This document shows positions 35,701-45,129 of a stretch of 64,000 nt of DNA, in pieces. The notes below the pieces were generated by a model. That model was given only the letters and a program-made list of their open reading frames with translations. It did not search any database and was not told the DNA's origin. A program made the position numbers and the translations under genes. The stretch's first letter is position 1. Every line of letters starts with the position of its first letter. This DNA comes from Minisyncoccota bacterium (GTDB taxonomy: Bacteria; Patescibacteriota; Minisyncoccia; Phycocordibacterales; UBA9973): contig JAGOUX010000002.1 of NCBI GenBank assembly GCA_018061035.1, positions 24,722-88,721 on the forward strand, written 5' to 3'.

Positions 35701-36150
35701 ATGAACTTTAAAGAATCACTAAGATCAGCAAAGGATGACTTTCGTAGACTAAGGATCGAGGCTGGCGGAGAGAAAAAGTGTCTAGATAATAATTGTGTTG
35801 TTTACTGTGATAGGCCGTTTGAGGGAGTCTTAGAATTACACATAACACAGGGATTTACTAGGCAGGTATTGCGTGAAGTTCATACAAATTTGATTGAAAT
35901 TGTTAAAAACGATGTACACATACAAAAGATAAAAATGGTTTCTCCTGTTGTTTTAGAGCATCAAAATTTAATGGAAAGATTTGGATTTGAAGTTAATACA
36001 AGCCTGAGTGAAAAATCTAAAGCTGAGATATCAGCTGCGCTACCAAAAAATATGCAAGGCAAACCATTTATTGAGATGCAAATTTCTAGAGAAAAATTCC
36101 TTGAGATGAATAAAATCACTATTTCTGACACTTTGGACAAAAAATTGTAG
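35701..36150 (+). CDS. hypothetical protein
   Basis: 149-aa ORF with backbone-like composition. It has no recognisable motif. Confidence 0.35.
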   Translation: MNFKESLRSAKDDFRRLRIEAGGEKKCLDNNCVVYCDRPFEGVLELHITQGFTRQVLREVHTNLIEIVKNDVHIQKIKMVSPVVLEHQNLMERFGFEVNTSLSEKSKAEISAALPKNMQGKPFIEMQISREKFLEMNKITISDTLDKKL

Positions 36151-37084
36151 TGCGGTTTTGGATAAGCATTTTCTTTAGGGGAGTTTTGCAATTTGAACAA
36201 GGTTTACCTTCTTTGCCGTACACTTTGTGTTCACGAGCGTAATTACCGCGCGAGTCATCTATGAGCCTGTAGGTAGCCACAGATGAGCCTCCTACAGCTA
36301 TAGCCCTCTTTATTATCCGAACTATGGCTTTGTGGAGTCTAGCAACTTCATCTTTCTTTAGACTCATGCCTGTGCGGTCGGGGCGAATACCTGCCTCAAA
36401 AAGACTTTCATCCGCGTAAATATTCCCAACCCCGGTCACTATGTCTTGCCCCAAGAGCAGGGCCTTTATTTTACCCTTTTTGTTTTTGAGCATTTCTTCA
36501 AAATATTTTACCGTGAAAGATTTATCTAAGGGTTCAACACCTAGGTTGCCAAAGTGATTTTCAGCTTCGAATGATTCGAGGGTAGGGTAGTAGACCACAT
36601 AACCAAACATTCTAGTGTCATTGTAATACAGTGTGCCTTTCTCTAATTCAAAAATTATATGGCTGTGTTTGTTTGGCAAAGTGGTTTCAGATATTTCTAT
36701 TGGGTGGCCTCCGAAGACAGTCTCCACCGGGCTCGAATTTTTTCTCGTTCCTCGCGCAGTCACCATCTTGTCGCTCGAAAAATTCCGAGCCCGGTTTTGC
36801 TTGGGTAAATAGACGAACTGCCCAGTCATTTTTAGGTGACCCAATATAAGCTTTTCGTGGCTTAGTCTAAAAATTAGATTCTTTGCTCGTCTTTCTACCG
36901 CTATAAATTTTTCACCAGTTATTCCTTTGATAAACTCTGAAACTTTTTTAGGAGAGGCGACACGCAAAGTACCTTTACCAGAAACTATCTTTGGTTTGGT
37001 GACTTTTACATTTTTTATTTTTTGCTCAAGGATAAATTTCTCTAAACCTCGGCGCAAATTTTCAACTTCAGGCAATTCAGGCAT
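36119..37084 (-). CDS. mutM: formamidopyrimidine-DNA glycosylase (Fpg/MutM/Nei family)
   Basis: N-terminal MPELPEVE catalytic Pro2/Glu3, H2TH region and C-terminal zinc finger CSNCKTPL...CPKCQ. Confidence 0.85.
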   Translation of the reverse strand: MPELPEVENLRRGLEKFILEQKIKNVKVTKPKIVSGKGTLRVASPKKVSEFIKGITGEKFIAVERRAKNLIFRLSHEKLILGHLKMTGQFVYLPKQNRARNFSSDKMVTARGTRKNSSPVETVFGGHPIEISETTLPNKHSHIIFELEKGTLYYNDTRMFGYVVYYPTLESFEAENHFGNLGVEPLDKSFTVKYFEEMLKNKKGKIKALLLGQDIVTGVGNIYADESLFEAGIRPDRTGMSLKKDEVARLHKAIVRIIKRAIAVGGSSVATYRLIDDSRGNYAREHKVYGKEGKPCSNCKTPLKKMLIQNRTTIFCPKCQK

Positions 37085-37169
37085 CCAATTAAAAAATTAA
37101 AATTAATAATTATTATCTTTACGCATAAACCCGTAAATTTTCTAACGGGACGCGTGGTATAATTGTAGT

Positions 37170-38012
37170 ATGGATCGCATTAGAAACATATTAATACTCA
37201 CTCTTTTAACTTCAGGACTATTCTTTGCGCCATTGTACTCTTATGCTGCAACCCCGGTCAAGATTCTGCTTGTTCCTGGGCATGACAATGAAGTCTGGGG
37301 TGCTCAGTATGGCAATGTAAAAGAGGCAGCAATGAATCTAGCGGTGGCAAGCAGAATATACAATATCCTTAAAAAGGATAAGCATTTTGAGGTATATATT
37401 ACACGCGACATCTCAGGCTACACCAAAGAATTTTCCGATTTTTTAACTACCAAAAGAGAAGAAATAAATGCATTTAGAGCCGATCTCAAGAAAAATATGG
37501 TCGCTAAAATTGAAAGTGGTGAATTCATCCAAAAGGAAAATGTTCCTCACAACAACGCCGGAGAAGATGCTGCTGTTATGCTTTATGGAATTAATAAATG
37601 GGCCAACGAGAACAAGATGGATGCTGTGATCCACATTCACTTTAACGATTATCCCAGGAAGACTAGCTGGACTATAGGCAAGCACACAGGCTTTGCCATA
37701 TATATGCCCGATGGCGAGCTAGAGAATTGGTTTGAAAGTGGGCAATTGGCTGCAGATATATATACTCAGCTTCGAAAAAAGTATCAGACCAGCACCTACG
37801 AAGAAGAGCTCGGCGGGTTAGTTGCAGATCAAAAACTTATTGCAATTGGCGCCAATGGAAGCCTTTCTTCAAGCGTGCGGTCCGTTTTAGTAGAGTATGG
37901 ATATATGTACGAGAAGAAATTCCGTAATTACACAACTCGTCATCAAGCCTATGCTGATATGGCAAAGCTAACAGCTCAAGCTATAAAGAATTACTTTTCC
38001 CCAAAAAATTAG
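37170..38012 (+). CDS. N-acetylmuramoyl-L-alanine amidase (Amidase_3 family) with signal peptide
   Basis: ILLVPGHDNEVWGAQ, E-rich helix and DAVIHIHFND zinc-ligand pattern of Amidase_3; TGgTATAAT extended -10 at 37153-37161. Confidence 0.7.
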   Translation: MDRIRNILILTLLTSGLFFAPLYSYAATPVKILLVPGHDNEVWGAQYGNVKEAAMNLAVASRIYNILKKDKHFEVYITRDISGYTKEFSDFLTTKREEINAFRADLKKNMVAKIESGEFIQKENVPHNNAGEDAAVMLYGINKWANENKMDAVIHIHFNDYPRKTSWTIGKHTGFAIYMPDGELENWFESGQLAADIYTQLRKKYQTSTYEEELGGLVADQKLIAIGANGSLSSSVRSVLVEYGYMYEKKFRNYTTRHQAYADMAKLTAQAIKNYFSPKN

Positions 38013-38030
38013 TTTGTAAAGGACAGTCCT

Positions 38031-38600
38031 TTACAATTTTCCGCCAAGTATTTTGAGCGCTTCTTTTATTTTTTTGTTGGTGTCTAGATCAGGTGAAACT
38101 TTTTTAAGAGCATCGCGGGATTCGTTCTGAGAATATCCCAAGCTCTTTAATGCTTCGAGAGCGTCCAATTCGCCTTGTAGGGAAGTACTCATATCTTCCT
38201 TGCCCATCTTGTCTCGGAGTTCGATTACTATTTTCTCTGCTGTCTTTTTGCCAATACCAGAAATCTTAGTGAGGTATGATACATCTCCAGTGCCGATGGC
38301 CTTGCGAAGTGTTTCGATGGAAGCAATGCCAAGGATGGCTAGAGCGGACCGTGGACCAATACCAGATACATTGAGAAGCATTTCGAAAAACTCTAATTCT
38401 TGTTCTGCGAGAAAACCGTATAGATCAAAACTATCCTCGCGAACATGAGTGTGAATGAAAAAGAAAACCTCACCATCCTTCTTCTGGATTTTAGAGATGG
38501 TGTCGGGGGAGACGGCTACTTTATAGCCTACGCCACCTATTTCGACGAGGATGAATTTCTCTGTTTGGAGGGTTATTTTACCCCGAATGCTACCGATCAT
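38031..38600 (-). CDS. ruvA: Holliday junction DNA helicase RuvA
   Basis: OB-fold N-terminus MIGSIRGKI, tandem HhH motifs (GIGPRSA, GIGKKTA) and C-terminal domain III. Confidence 0.85.
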   Translation of the reverse strand: MIGSIRGKITLQTEKFILVEIGGVGYKVAVSPDTISKIQKKDGEVFFFIHTHVREDSFDLYGFLAEQELEFFEMLLNVSGIGPRSALAILGIASIETLRKAIGTGDVSYLTKISGIGKKTAEKIVIELRDKMGKEDMSTSLQGELDALEALKSLGYSQNESRDALKKVSPDLDTNKKIKEALKILGGKL

Positions 38601-38712
38601 GGGTTAATCATAACAATAATAGGCAGTATTCACACTTATTGACTTTTTGCATAAAAAGTGTATAATATAACGGTTAAAATGCTCTCTAGCGCTCTGAAAG
38701 GAGAAATAGATC

Positions 38713-39384
38713 ATGTCAAAGGACATGCTCGGCCCGCTGACCCGGGCGCTCGTCGGAGTTCCAGCAAAGATGCTGGGGCTCGTGCTCGATATCACCAACC
38801 GCCTCGGATCGGCGGACAGTGATACCTTCTACTCCGACCTCGCGAAGTTCGTGAGAGAGTGGAAGAAGGCAGTGGCGGTAATTCCGTCCCTGCTCGAGTT
38901 CGTCCGCACCACGACTGCGCCGGACACGAGCGAACCGTTCATCGCCAACGCTAAGTTCAAGCTGAAGAAGGACGGAGGAATCTGCTCCTACCTCGGCGAC
39001 AACTTCAATGCGTGGTTCCTCGCGGGCACCGGCAACATCGACGCTCCTGGCGGTGAGACGACGCTGACGATATCGCGGCTCACCAAGGCTTCGGTTGACC
39101 AGCCGATTCTGGACGAGCTCGGCGACAAGACCGATGTGGCACTCGTGGACATGTTTGCCAAGATGGAGGCACAGTCCAAAGGTCAGCCGGGTGAACTCCT
39201 CGTCGACGGTCGCGTGAACATCTTCTACGTTCGCGACCAGGACGGCGTCCTGCGCCCTGTCTACGTGCACTGGCTCGGCGACGGCTGGTGCGTCAACGCC
39301 TGCTCCACCGACTGCACTGCTCATTGGTATGCCGCTTACCAGGTCTTCTCTCGCAATTCTGCCCTCACATACTCGGCGCCTTAG
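38713..39384 (+). CDS. hypothetical protein on a G+C-rich insert
   Basis: 223 aa; own promoter TTGACT-16-TATAAT (38637-38664) and RBS AGGAG. It has no recognisable domain; a long antisense ORF is a composition artefact. Confidence 0.4.
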   Translation: MSKDMLGPLTRALVGVPAKMLGLVLDITNRLGSADSDTFYSDLAKFVREWKKAVAVIPSLLEFVRTTTAPDTSEPFIANAKFKLKKDGGICSYLGDNFNAWFLAGTGNIDAPGGETTLTISRLTKASVDQPILDELGDKTDVALVDMFAKMEAQSKGQPGELLVDGRVNIFYVRDQDGVLRPVYVHWLGDGWCVNACSTDCTAHWYAAYQVFSRNSALTYSAP

Positions 39385-39569
39385 GAATCAGCCGCAAGCT
39401 GAGCCTCAGACCCTGGGAATCTTGGACACTCGGTTCGCTTACGCGGGCCGGGTGTCTTTTTCGTTTTGTACAAAGTCTGTTTTATGAAGGAATATTGCTC
39501 TAAGGTACTCCTTTTAATTTTGAGGCGATGAAATTTGCATTTTAAGGCTATTTTTGCTACATTATCTCT

Positions 39570-39821
39570 ATGCCAATAACACAATCAGCTAAGAAAGCGA
39601 TCCGAGGATCCCTTCGCAAGAAGGCTGTTAATGATTCCCGAAAGCGCGCTATGAAAGAAATAATCAAGAAAATTGAGAAATCCGTTAAGGCTGACAAGGC
39701 CGAAGCTCTCAAGATGCTCTCTGGTGCCTTTGCAGCTATTGATAAAGCCGCTAAAAAAGGTGTTATCAAAAAGAATAATGCTTCTCGCAAGAAAGCTCGT
39801 CTTTCTCGCTTAACAAAATAA
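39570..39821 (+). CDS. rpsT: 30S ribosomal protein S20
   Basis: MPITQSAKKAIRGSLRKKAVNDSRKRAMKE... is a canonical S20. Confidence 0.85.
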   Translation: MPITQSAKKAIRGSLRKKAVNDSRKRAMKEIIKKIEKSVKADKAEALKMLSGAFAAIDKAAKKGVIKKNNASRKKARLSRLTK

Positions 39822-39931
39822 GCATTTCGGACTATAATTAATAAAAGCACGCATAAAATTCTACTGAATTTTTGCTCAAGACTACGGGCTGTCGCCCTCC
39901 GTATGGCTTTTATTAATAATAATCCTTCACT

Positions 39932-40195
39932 ATGAATCATCTACTTCATTTTTATGGTACCGAATGTCCTCACTGCGTGCATATGCATGAGTTAGTGGAG
40001 CGACTGGAAAAAGAAGAGGGGATCAAAATGGAATCCCTGGAAGTCTGGCACAACAAAGACAACGAAGCTAAATTACTTGAATTAGACAAAGATCTCTGTG
40101 GAGGAGTTCCTTTTTTCTACAATACTAAAACCAATAAATGGATTTGTGGGGAAGAGTCCTACGAGGCTCTTAAGGATTGGGCACAAGACAAATAG
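39932..40195 (+). CDS. small thioredoxin/glutaredoxin-like protein (CPHC active site)
   Basis: 87 aa with a YGTECPHC motif and a thioredoxin-fold length. Confidence 0.6.
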   Translation: MNHLLHFYGTECPHCVHMHELVERLEKEEGIKMESLEVWHNKDNEAKLLELDKDLCGGVPFFYNTKTNKWICGEESYEALKDWAQDK

Positions 40196-40221
40196 TCCAT
40201 ACTCTCGATTCTAAATTTAAT

Positions 40222-41961
40222 ATGGAAGAAAAAAAAGTACAATCGAATAAACCGAGTATTTTTACGCTCTTAAAACAATACCAAGGAATGATTATTTTCC
40301 TAGTAATTTTAGCACTTCTTAGCAACATCCTGACTCTTATATTACCTAAAGTCATTTCTCATAGTATCGATGCTTTTGTTCGTGGAAACTTTATATACAA
40401 AACTGCAATTATAGAATTCATTGTGCTAGCATTTGGTATACTTATTCTCACTTTTTTACAAAATATTATTCAAACATACGCCTCAGAAAAGGTCGCCTTA
40501 AATCTACGTACAGACCTAGCTGCTAAGGTCTCTAGAAGTAGCCATTTGTTTATTCAGAAGTCCAACCCTTCGACGCTTCTCACATATCTGACCTCGGATG
40601 TAGACTCAGTTAAGATGTTTGTAGCGCAAGCAGTATCCTCACTTATTTCATCCGTGGTGATCATATTCGGAGCTAGTATCATGCTGGTAACTATTAATTG
40701 GAGACTAGGATTGGCTGTCATGGCTATTATTCCGATTATAGCTTTTACTTTTTTTACAATCCTTAGCAAAGTGCGGGTGCTTTTTGTTAAGAGCCGAGAG
40801 ATCATAGATTGGCTGAATAAGGTCATCAATGAAAGTATACTCGGAGCGCTTTTGATCAGAGTTATTAATTCTAAAAATCTAGAACATCAGAAATTTGATC
40901 AAGCGAATAGTAATGCCCGTACACTAGGACTAAAAATCCTTGGATACTTTTCGCTCATGATTCCGATCATCACTTTCGTTGCGAACCTGGGCACACTTAT
41001 AATTCTTACCCTCGGCGGACATTTTGTCATAAATGGATCCATGTCTATCGGAGATTTCACTGCGTTCAATAGCTATGTCGCTATATTGATCTTCCCGATA
41101 TTCATTATCGGATTTATGATGAACATAATTTCTCAGGCTCAAGCTTCCTACGCTCGAATCTCAAATGTTCTAACTGCTCCGGAAATATTGGATGGAGGAA
41201 ATACAAAGAAGGAAATAAAAGGGGAGATAGAAGTAAAAGATGTATCTATAAATTATGGAGAGAAGGCTGCGCTCAAGCATGTATCATTTAGTGTAAAAGC
41301 AGGCACTCGTACGGCTATCATAGGGCCAACAGCGGCAGGAAAGTCTCAGCTCCTATATCTTCTCACTGGTCTTACTGTCCCTGATTCAGGTGTCGTAGAG
41401 TACGACCATCTGCCAGTGGAAGAATACGACAGCGAAAATCTCCATCGCCAGATAGGATTTGTATTTCAAGATAGTATTATGTTCAATCTAAGCATCCGCG
41501 AGAATATTGCCTTTAGTGATACGGTTACAGATAAATCTTTGCAAGGGGCGATCGATACAGCAGAACTCCAAGATTTCCTCGGATCATTGCCGGAGGGCCT
41601 TAATACTATCGTGTCAGAGCGCGGTTCTAGTCTCTCAGGGGGTCAGAAACAGCGTATCATGCTTGCTCGTGCGCTAGCACTTGATCCCAAGGTATTGCTC
41701 TTGGATGATTTCACTGCTCGCGTAGACACAAGTACTGAGCAAAGAATTCTCGCTAATATCACAAAGAATTACCCGAACATTACCCTTGTTTCTGTTACTC
41801 AGAAGATATCTTCGGTCGAGGATTATGATGAGATTATTCTTCTCATGGAAGGAGAGGTTTTAGCAAAGGGTACACACGCGGAGCTCATGGAATCATCAGC
41901 CGAGTATGTGCAGATTTACAATTCACAAAGAAGCACCAGCCATTATGAACTACAAGCTTAA
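40222..41961 (+). CDS. ABC transporter permease/ATP-binding protein (type I exporter half-transporter)
   Basis: Six TM helices, Walker A GPTAAGKSQ, signature LSGGQKQR and Walker B LLLDD. Confidence 0.8.
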   Translation: MEEKKVQSNKPSIFTLLKQYQGMIIFLVILALLSNILTLILPKVISHSIDAFVRGNFIYKTAIIEFIVLAFGILILTFLQNIIQTYASEKVALNLRTDLAAKVSRSSHLFIQKSNPSTLLTYLTSDVDSVKMFVAQAVSSLISSVVIIFGASIMLVTINWRLGLAVMAIIPIIAFTFFTILSKVRVLFVKSREIIDWLNKVINESILGALLIRVINSKNLEHQKFDQANSNARTLGLKILGYFSLMIPIITFVANLGTLIILTLGGHFVINGSMSIGDFTAFNSYVAILIFPIFIIGFMMNIISQAQASYARISNVLTAPEILDGGNTKKEIKGEIEVKDVSINYGEKAALKHVSFSVKAGTRTAIIGPTAAGKSQLLYLLTGLTVPDSGVVEYDHLPVEEYDSENLHRQIGFVFQDSIMFNLSIRENIAFSDTVTDKSLQGAIDTAELQDFLGSLPEGLNTIVSERGSSLSGGQKQRIMLARALALDPKVLLLDDFTARVDTSTEQRILANITKNYPNITLVSVTQKISSVEDYDEIILLMEGEVLAKGTHAELMESSAEYVQIYNSQRSTSHYELQA

Positions 41962-43720
41962 TACAACTGAAACAATAGGGGAGAAGAAGAAAAAGGTGGG
42001 TACCTTGCGTGCTGTTGCAAGTTTGTGGCCTCTACTTCATGGGGAAGAGAAAAATGTCTCTTGGGCTTTTGTTGCGATCATAATCAATTCGCTTGTGAAT
42101 CTATTTGGGCCGTTCTTGATCGGAAGAACTGTGGACCACTATGTCCTCACCAAGGACTATCATGGAGTTTTCGTTTTTTCAGGAATACTGCTCGGTATGT
42201 TTGCCGTAGGACTAGTGGCAAGCTATCTTCAGACAAAATGGATGGGGTCGGTGAGTCAGCGAGTCCTGTTCCGGCTAAGGGGCACGGTGTTCAATAAGCT
42301 TCAGGAGCTACCGGTGGCTTTTTTCAATCAGAATAAGGCAGGAGATCTTATTTCTCGTATCAACAACGACACAGATAAACTCAATCAATTCTTCTCTCAA
42401 TCTCTTATGCAGTTCATAGGAAGCGTGTTCATAATGATTGGCGCGGGAATATTCCTTGTTGTCATCAACTGGCAGCTTGGTGGAGCTGCTCTTATTCCAG
42501 CAGGAATAATTCTTATTCTGACCCAAATCATGTCGCCATGGATAAAGAGGAAGAATTCCGAAAATCTAAAGAGTACTGGAGACCTTTCTGCTGAAATTCA
42601 GGAGAGTCTGAATAATTTTAAAGTCATAGTAGCATTCAACCGCCGAGACTATTTCCGCAACAAATTCGAAGAGTCCAACAAGCAAAATTATAAAACTGCA
42701 GTAGGTGCTGGAATTGCCAACAATCTTTTTGTGCCGATTTATAGCTTTGCATCGACCATAGCTCAGCTTATTATAATTACATATAGTATTTATTTAATTA
42801 CACACGGACACTTCACCCTCGGTCTTCTTATTAGCTTCCTTTCATATGTAAATAATTTTTACAGTCCGCTTCGCCAGCTTGCTGCCTTGTGGGCAAATTT
42901 TCAGACAGCATTGGCTAGTTGGGATCGTATTAATGCAATTTTGCAAATGAAGAATGACCTAGTAACTATTCCAGATGGCTCAGTGGATAGAGAAGCAAAA
43001 GATGCAGTGCTATGTTTTAAAAATGTTAGTTTTGGTTACGAGGATGGCAAAGAAATTCTTCACAATATCAACTTCACTCTAAAGCAGGGCAAGACATACG
43101 CTCTCGTCGGTCCTACAGGTGGAGGCAAGACTACTACAGCATCACTCATGGCTCGCATCTTCGATCCGACCAAGGGTACTGTGCTGTTGGACGGTAAAGA
43201 TATTCGTTCGTACGATGAAGCTGAAAGAACCAAAAAGATAGGATTTATTTTACAGGAACCATTCCTATTCACTGGTACAGTCAAAGACAATATCATTTAT
43301 GGCAATGAAGAGTATAAGGATCTCTCTACTTCGGAATTAGAGAAAGTAATTAAAGAATCAAATCTCGACAGTCTGCTTTCTTGGTTTGATAAAGGGCTCG
43401 ACACTCCTGTCGCAACAGGAGGAGATACTATCTCTCTAGGTCAAAGGCAGCTTATCGCTTTTGTCCGCGCAGTATTGCGCAAGCCGGAGCTACTTATTCT
43501 AGACGAAGCAACTGCGAATATCGATACTGTGACTGAACAGCTTCTAGAAGAAATATTAAAAAAATTACCAAATACTACAACTCGAGTTATCATTGCCCAT
43601 CGATTGAATACTATCGAAAATGCGGATGACATATTCTTCGTCAACGCTGGTGAAGTGACTGAGGCGGGTTCTATGGAGCATGCAGTAGAAATGCTCCTTC
43701 ACGGCAAGCGCAAAAGTTAA
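41945..43720 (+). CDS. ABC transporter permease/ATP-binding protein (partner half-transporter)
   Basis: Six TM helices, Walker A GPTGGGKTT, Walker B ILDEAT and H-loop; overlaps the upstream gene by 17 nt, consistent with a heterodimeric exporter. Confidence 0.8.
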   Translation: MNYKLNTTETIGEKKKKVGTLRAVASLWPLLHGEEKNVSWAFVAIIINSLVNLFGPFLIGRTVDHYVLTKDYHGVFVFSGILLGMFAVGLVASYLQTKWMGSVSQRVLFRLRGTVFNKLQELPVAFFNQNKAGDLISRINNDTDKLNQFFSQSLMQFIGSVFIMIGAGIFLVVINWQLGGAALIPAGIILILTQIMSPWIKRKNSENLKSTGDLSAEIQESLNNFKVIVAFNRRDYFRNKFEESNKQNYKTAVGAGIANNLFVPIYSFASTIAQLIIITYSIYLITHGHFTLGLLISFLSYVNNFYSPLRQLAALWANFQTALASWDRINAILQMKNDLVTIPDGSVDREAKDAVLCFKNVSFGYEDGKEILHNINFTLKQGKTYALVGPTGGGKTTTASLMARIFDPTKGTVLLDGKDIRSYDEAERTKKIGFILQEPFLFTGTVKDNIIYGNEEYKDLSTSELEKVIKESNLDSLLSWFDKGLDTPVATGGDTISLGQRQLIAFVRAVLRKPELLILDEATANIDTVTEQLLEEILKKLPNTTTRVIIAHRLNTIENADDIFFVNAGEVTEAGSMEHAVEMLLHGKRKS

Positions 43721-43737
43721 TCGTGTGTCTCTCTTGC

Positions 43738-43763
43738 ACATTTACGCTATCGCGTATACATGC
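43738..43763. promoter_or_regulatory. operator-like site ACATTTACGCTATCGCGTATACATGC (copy 1), overlapping the cas2-like gene promoter
   Basis: Near-identical to the copy at 44178-44205; internal dyad symmetry (CAT...ATG ends); TATAAT at 43772-43777 just downstream. Confidence 0.45.
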
Positions 43764-43801
43764 AATGGGTGTATAATTTACACATGCCTTACTATAAGGG
43801 T

Positions 43802-44161
43802 ATGCGAGTAAATGGTTTCGGCTTGCCAACCTTTAAAGATAATAGTAAAAGCCGCGTAAAGCAGAAGAGTAGGAAAAGGAACATCTACCACACTACCTTT
43901 TCTTCTCCGTTTGAAAAGGATTCACCCAAGAACCTAATTTTGATGTATGACGTCGCTGAAGAGAAAAAGAAGGAGAGGGATTGGTTTCGTCGGCAACTCA
44001 AAAACTTTGGTTTTACAATGATCCAAAGAAGTGTCTGGGTCGGTCCTTCGCCTCTACCTACAGAGTTCCTAGACTATGTTAAAGTAATTGGCTTGAAAGA
44101 CAATCTTAAGACTTTCAAATTGGCTAAAGCTTATACAGGGAAGGAGAGCGTATTTAATTAA
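43802..44161 (+). CDS. Cas2-like small protein (solo, no cas1 or CRISPR array nearby)
   Basis: Core LILMYDVAEEKKKERDWFRRQLKNFGFTMIQRSVWV parallels the Cas2 N-terminal motif (ILMFDM...ER..FRKFL...GF.M.QFSV). ATG at 43802 chosen because earlier in-frame ATGs lie inside or upstream of the -10. Confidence 0.4.
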   Translation: MRVNGFGLPTFKDNSKSRVKQKSRKRNIYHTTFSSPFEKDSPKNLILMYDVAEEKKKERDWFRRQLKNFGFTMIQRSVWVGPSPLPTEFLDYVKVIGLKDNLKTFKLAKAYTGKESVFN

Positions 44162-44177
44162 ACATAAAATCTGAATT

Positions 44178-44205
44178 ACATATTTACGCTATCGCGCATA
44201 TATGC
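44178..44205. promoter_or_regulatory. operator-like site ACATATTTACGCTATCGCGCATATATGC (copy 2), upstream of the 44281 gene promoter
   Basis: Direct repeat of 43738-43763 with a 2-nt insertion; TTGACG-18-TACTAT promoter-like hexamers follow at 44229-44252. Confidence 0.45.
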
Positions 44206-44280
44206 TTTTTATTGTTCTTGCTTGACGGAAGGTATCAGGGGGGGGTACTATTAGGTTGTTATTAATTAACTAATAAAAAT

Positions 44281-44706
44281 ATGTCTACAGGAAACCCAAG
44301 TTTTCCCAATCCACAAGATGGAAAAAATCGTGCAGAAACAGAAAAGAAGCAGCCAGATAGTCAAGTCGAAAAAATAAGAGAATATAATGCAGTTGTTAGG
44401 GAGCTTAATCCTTTAATTATTCAAATTAAAGAACTTGATGCCGCTCGAGAGCTTTACCTGGACGCTGTGGGTGGTACTTGGTCTAAGCCACTACCTCCTG
44501 GTCTCGTGGGGGAGGACTGGTCTCATGTATCTACTGGAAACTTGCCTAATGATATTAAAACTGCAGTATTACATGGACTCGAAACAACTTTCGAAGACCT
44601 GGTTAATAGAAATAGTGAGCAAAAAGTTGAAGTGAGAGCCAGAGAGCTTGCTGCTAAGGCACAAAAGCTTTTACAAGAAGCTGGTATGGATAGAAAATCT
44701 ATTTAG
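44281..44706 (+). CDS. hypothetical protein
   Basis: 141-aa ORF followed by a strong terminator. It has no recognisable motif. Confidence 0.35.
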   Translation: MSTGNPSFPNPQDGKNRAETEKKQPDSQVEKIREYNAVVRELNPLIIQIKELDAARELYLDAVGGTWSKPLPPGLVGEDWSHVSTGNLPNDIKTAVLHGLETTFEDLVNRNSEQKVEVRARELAAKAQKLLQEAGMDRKSI

Positions 44707-44716
44707 GATGAGCTAA

Positions 44717-44750
44717 AACAAAAAACCACCCGCGAGGGTGGTTTTTTATT
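44717..44750. terminator. bidirectional rho-independent terminator shared by the 44281 gene and the convergent csp gene
   Basis: AAAACCACCC-GCGA-GGGTGGTTTT with flanking A- and T-tracts. Confidence 0.55.
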
Positions 44751-44757
44751 TGATAGC

Positions 44758-44955
44758 TTACGCGCGTTGTACGTTTGTAGCGTTCAAGCCTTTTGGAGAT
44801 TCCTCAGTTTCGAAAGAAACTGCGTCACCTTCCTTAAGCTCATCAAAGGTTACTCCTACTAGATTGTTTGAGTGAAAGAATAAATCCTTCGCTAGACCCT
44901 CTCCAGTTATGAAGCCGAAACCTTTATCAGTGATTCTTTTTATAGTACCAGTCAT
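44758..44955 (-). CDS. cspA: cold-shock protein (CspA family)
   Basis: MTGTIKRITDKGFGFITGEG... RNP1/RNP2 motifs; 65 aa. Confidence 0.85.
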   Translation of the reverse strand: MTGTIKRITDKGFGFITGEGLAKDLFFHSNNLVGVTFDELKEGDAVSFETEESPKGLNATNVQRA

Positions 44956-45129
44956 GATTTTGATTGTTTAAGTTGTTAAATACAAACGGGCTGTACTTTT
45001 AGAAGTCGACGATTCCGCACCCGTTCTGTATATCAAGTATAGCATTTATGAATCTAAAAGTCAAGCACTTGGGGTGTCAAAATCAAATAAACCTTGCAAA
45101 TTCAAGCTAAAATGTTATAGTCTCTCTAC

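Noticed and set aside
43760-43801. Upstream in-frame ATGs (43760, 43784) extending the cas2-like ORF to 133 aa
   Set aside because: They lie within or before the TATAAT at 43772-43777 and inside the operator-like repeat, and the Cas2-like homology starts much later; the shorter start at 43802 was preferred, though not proven.
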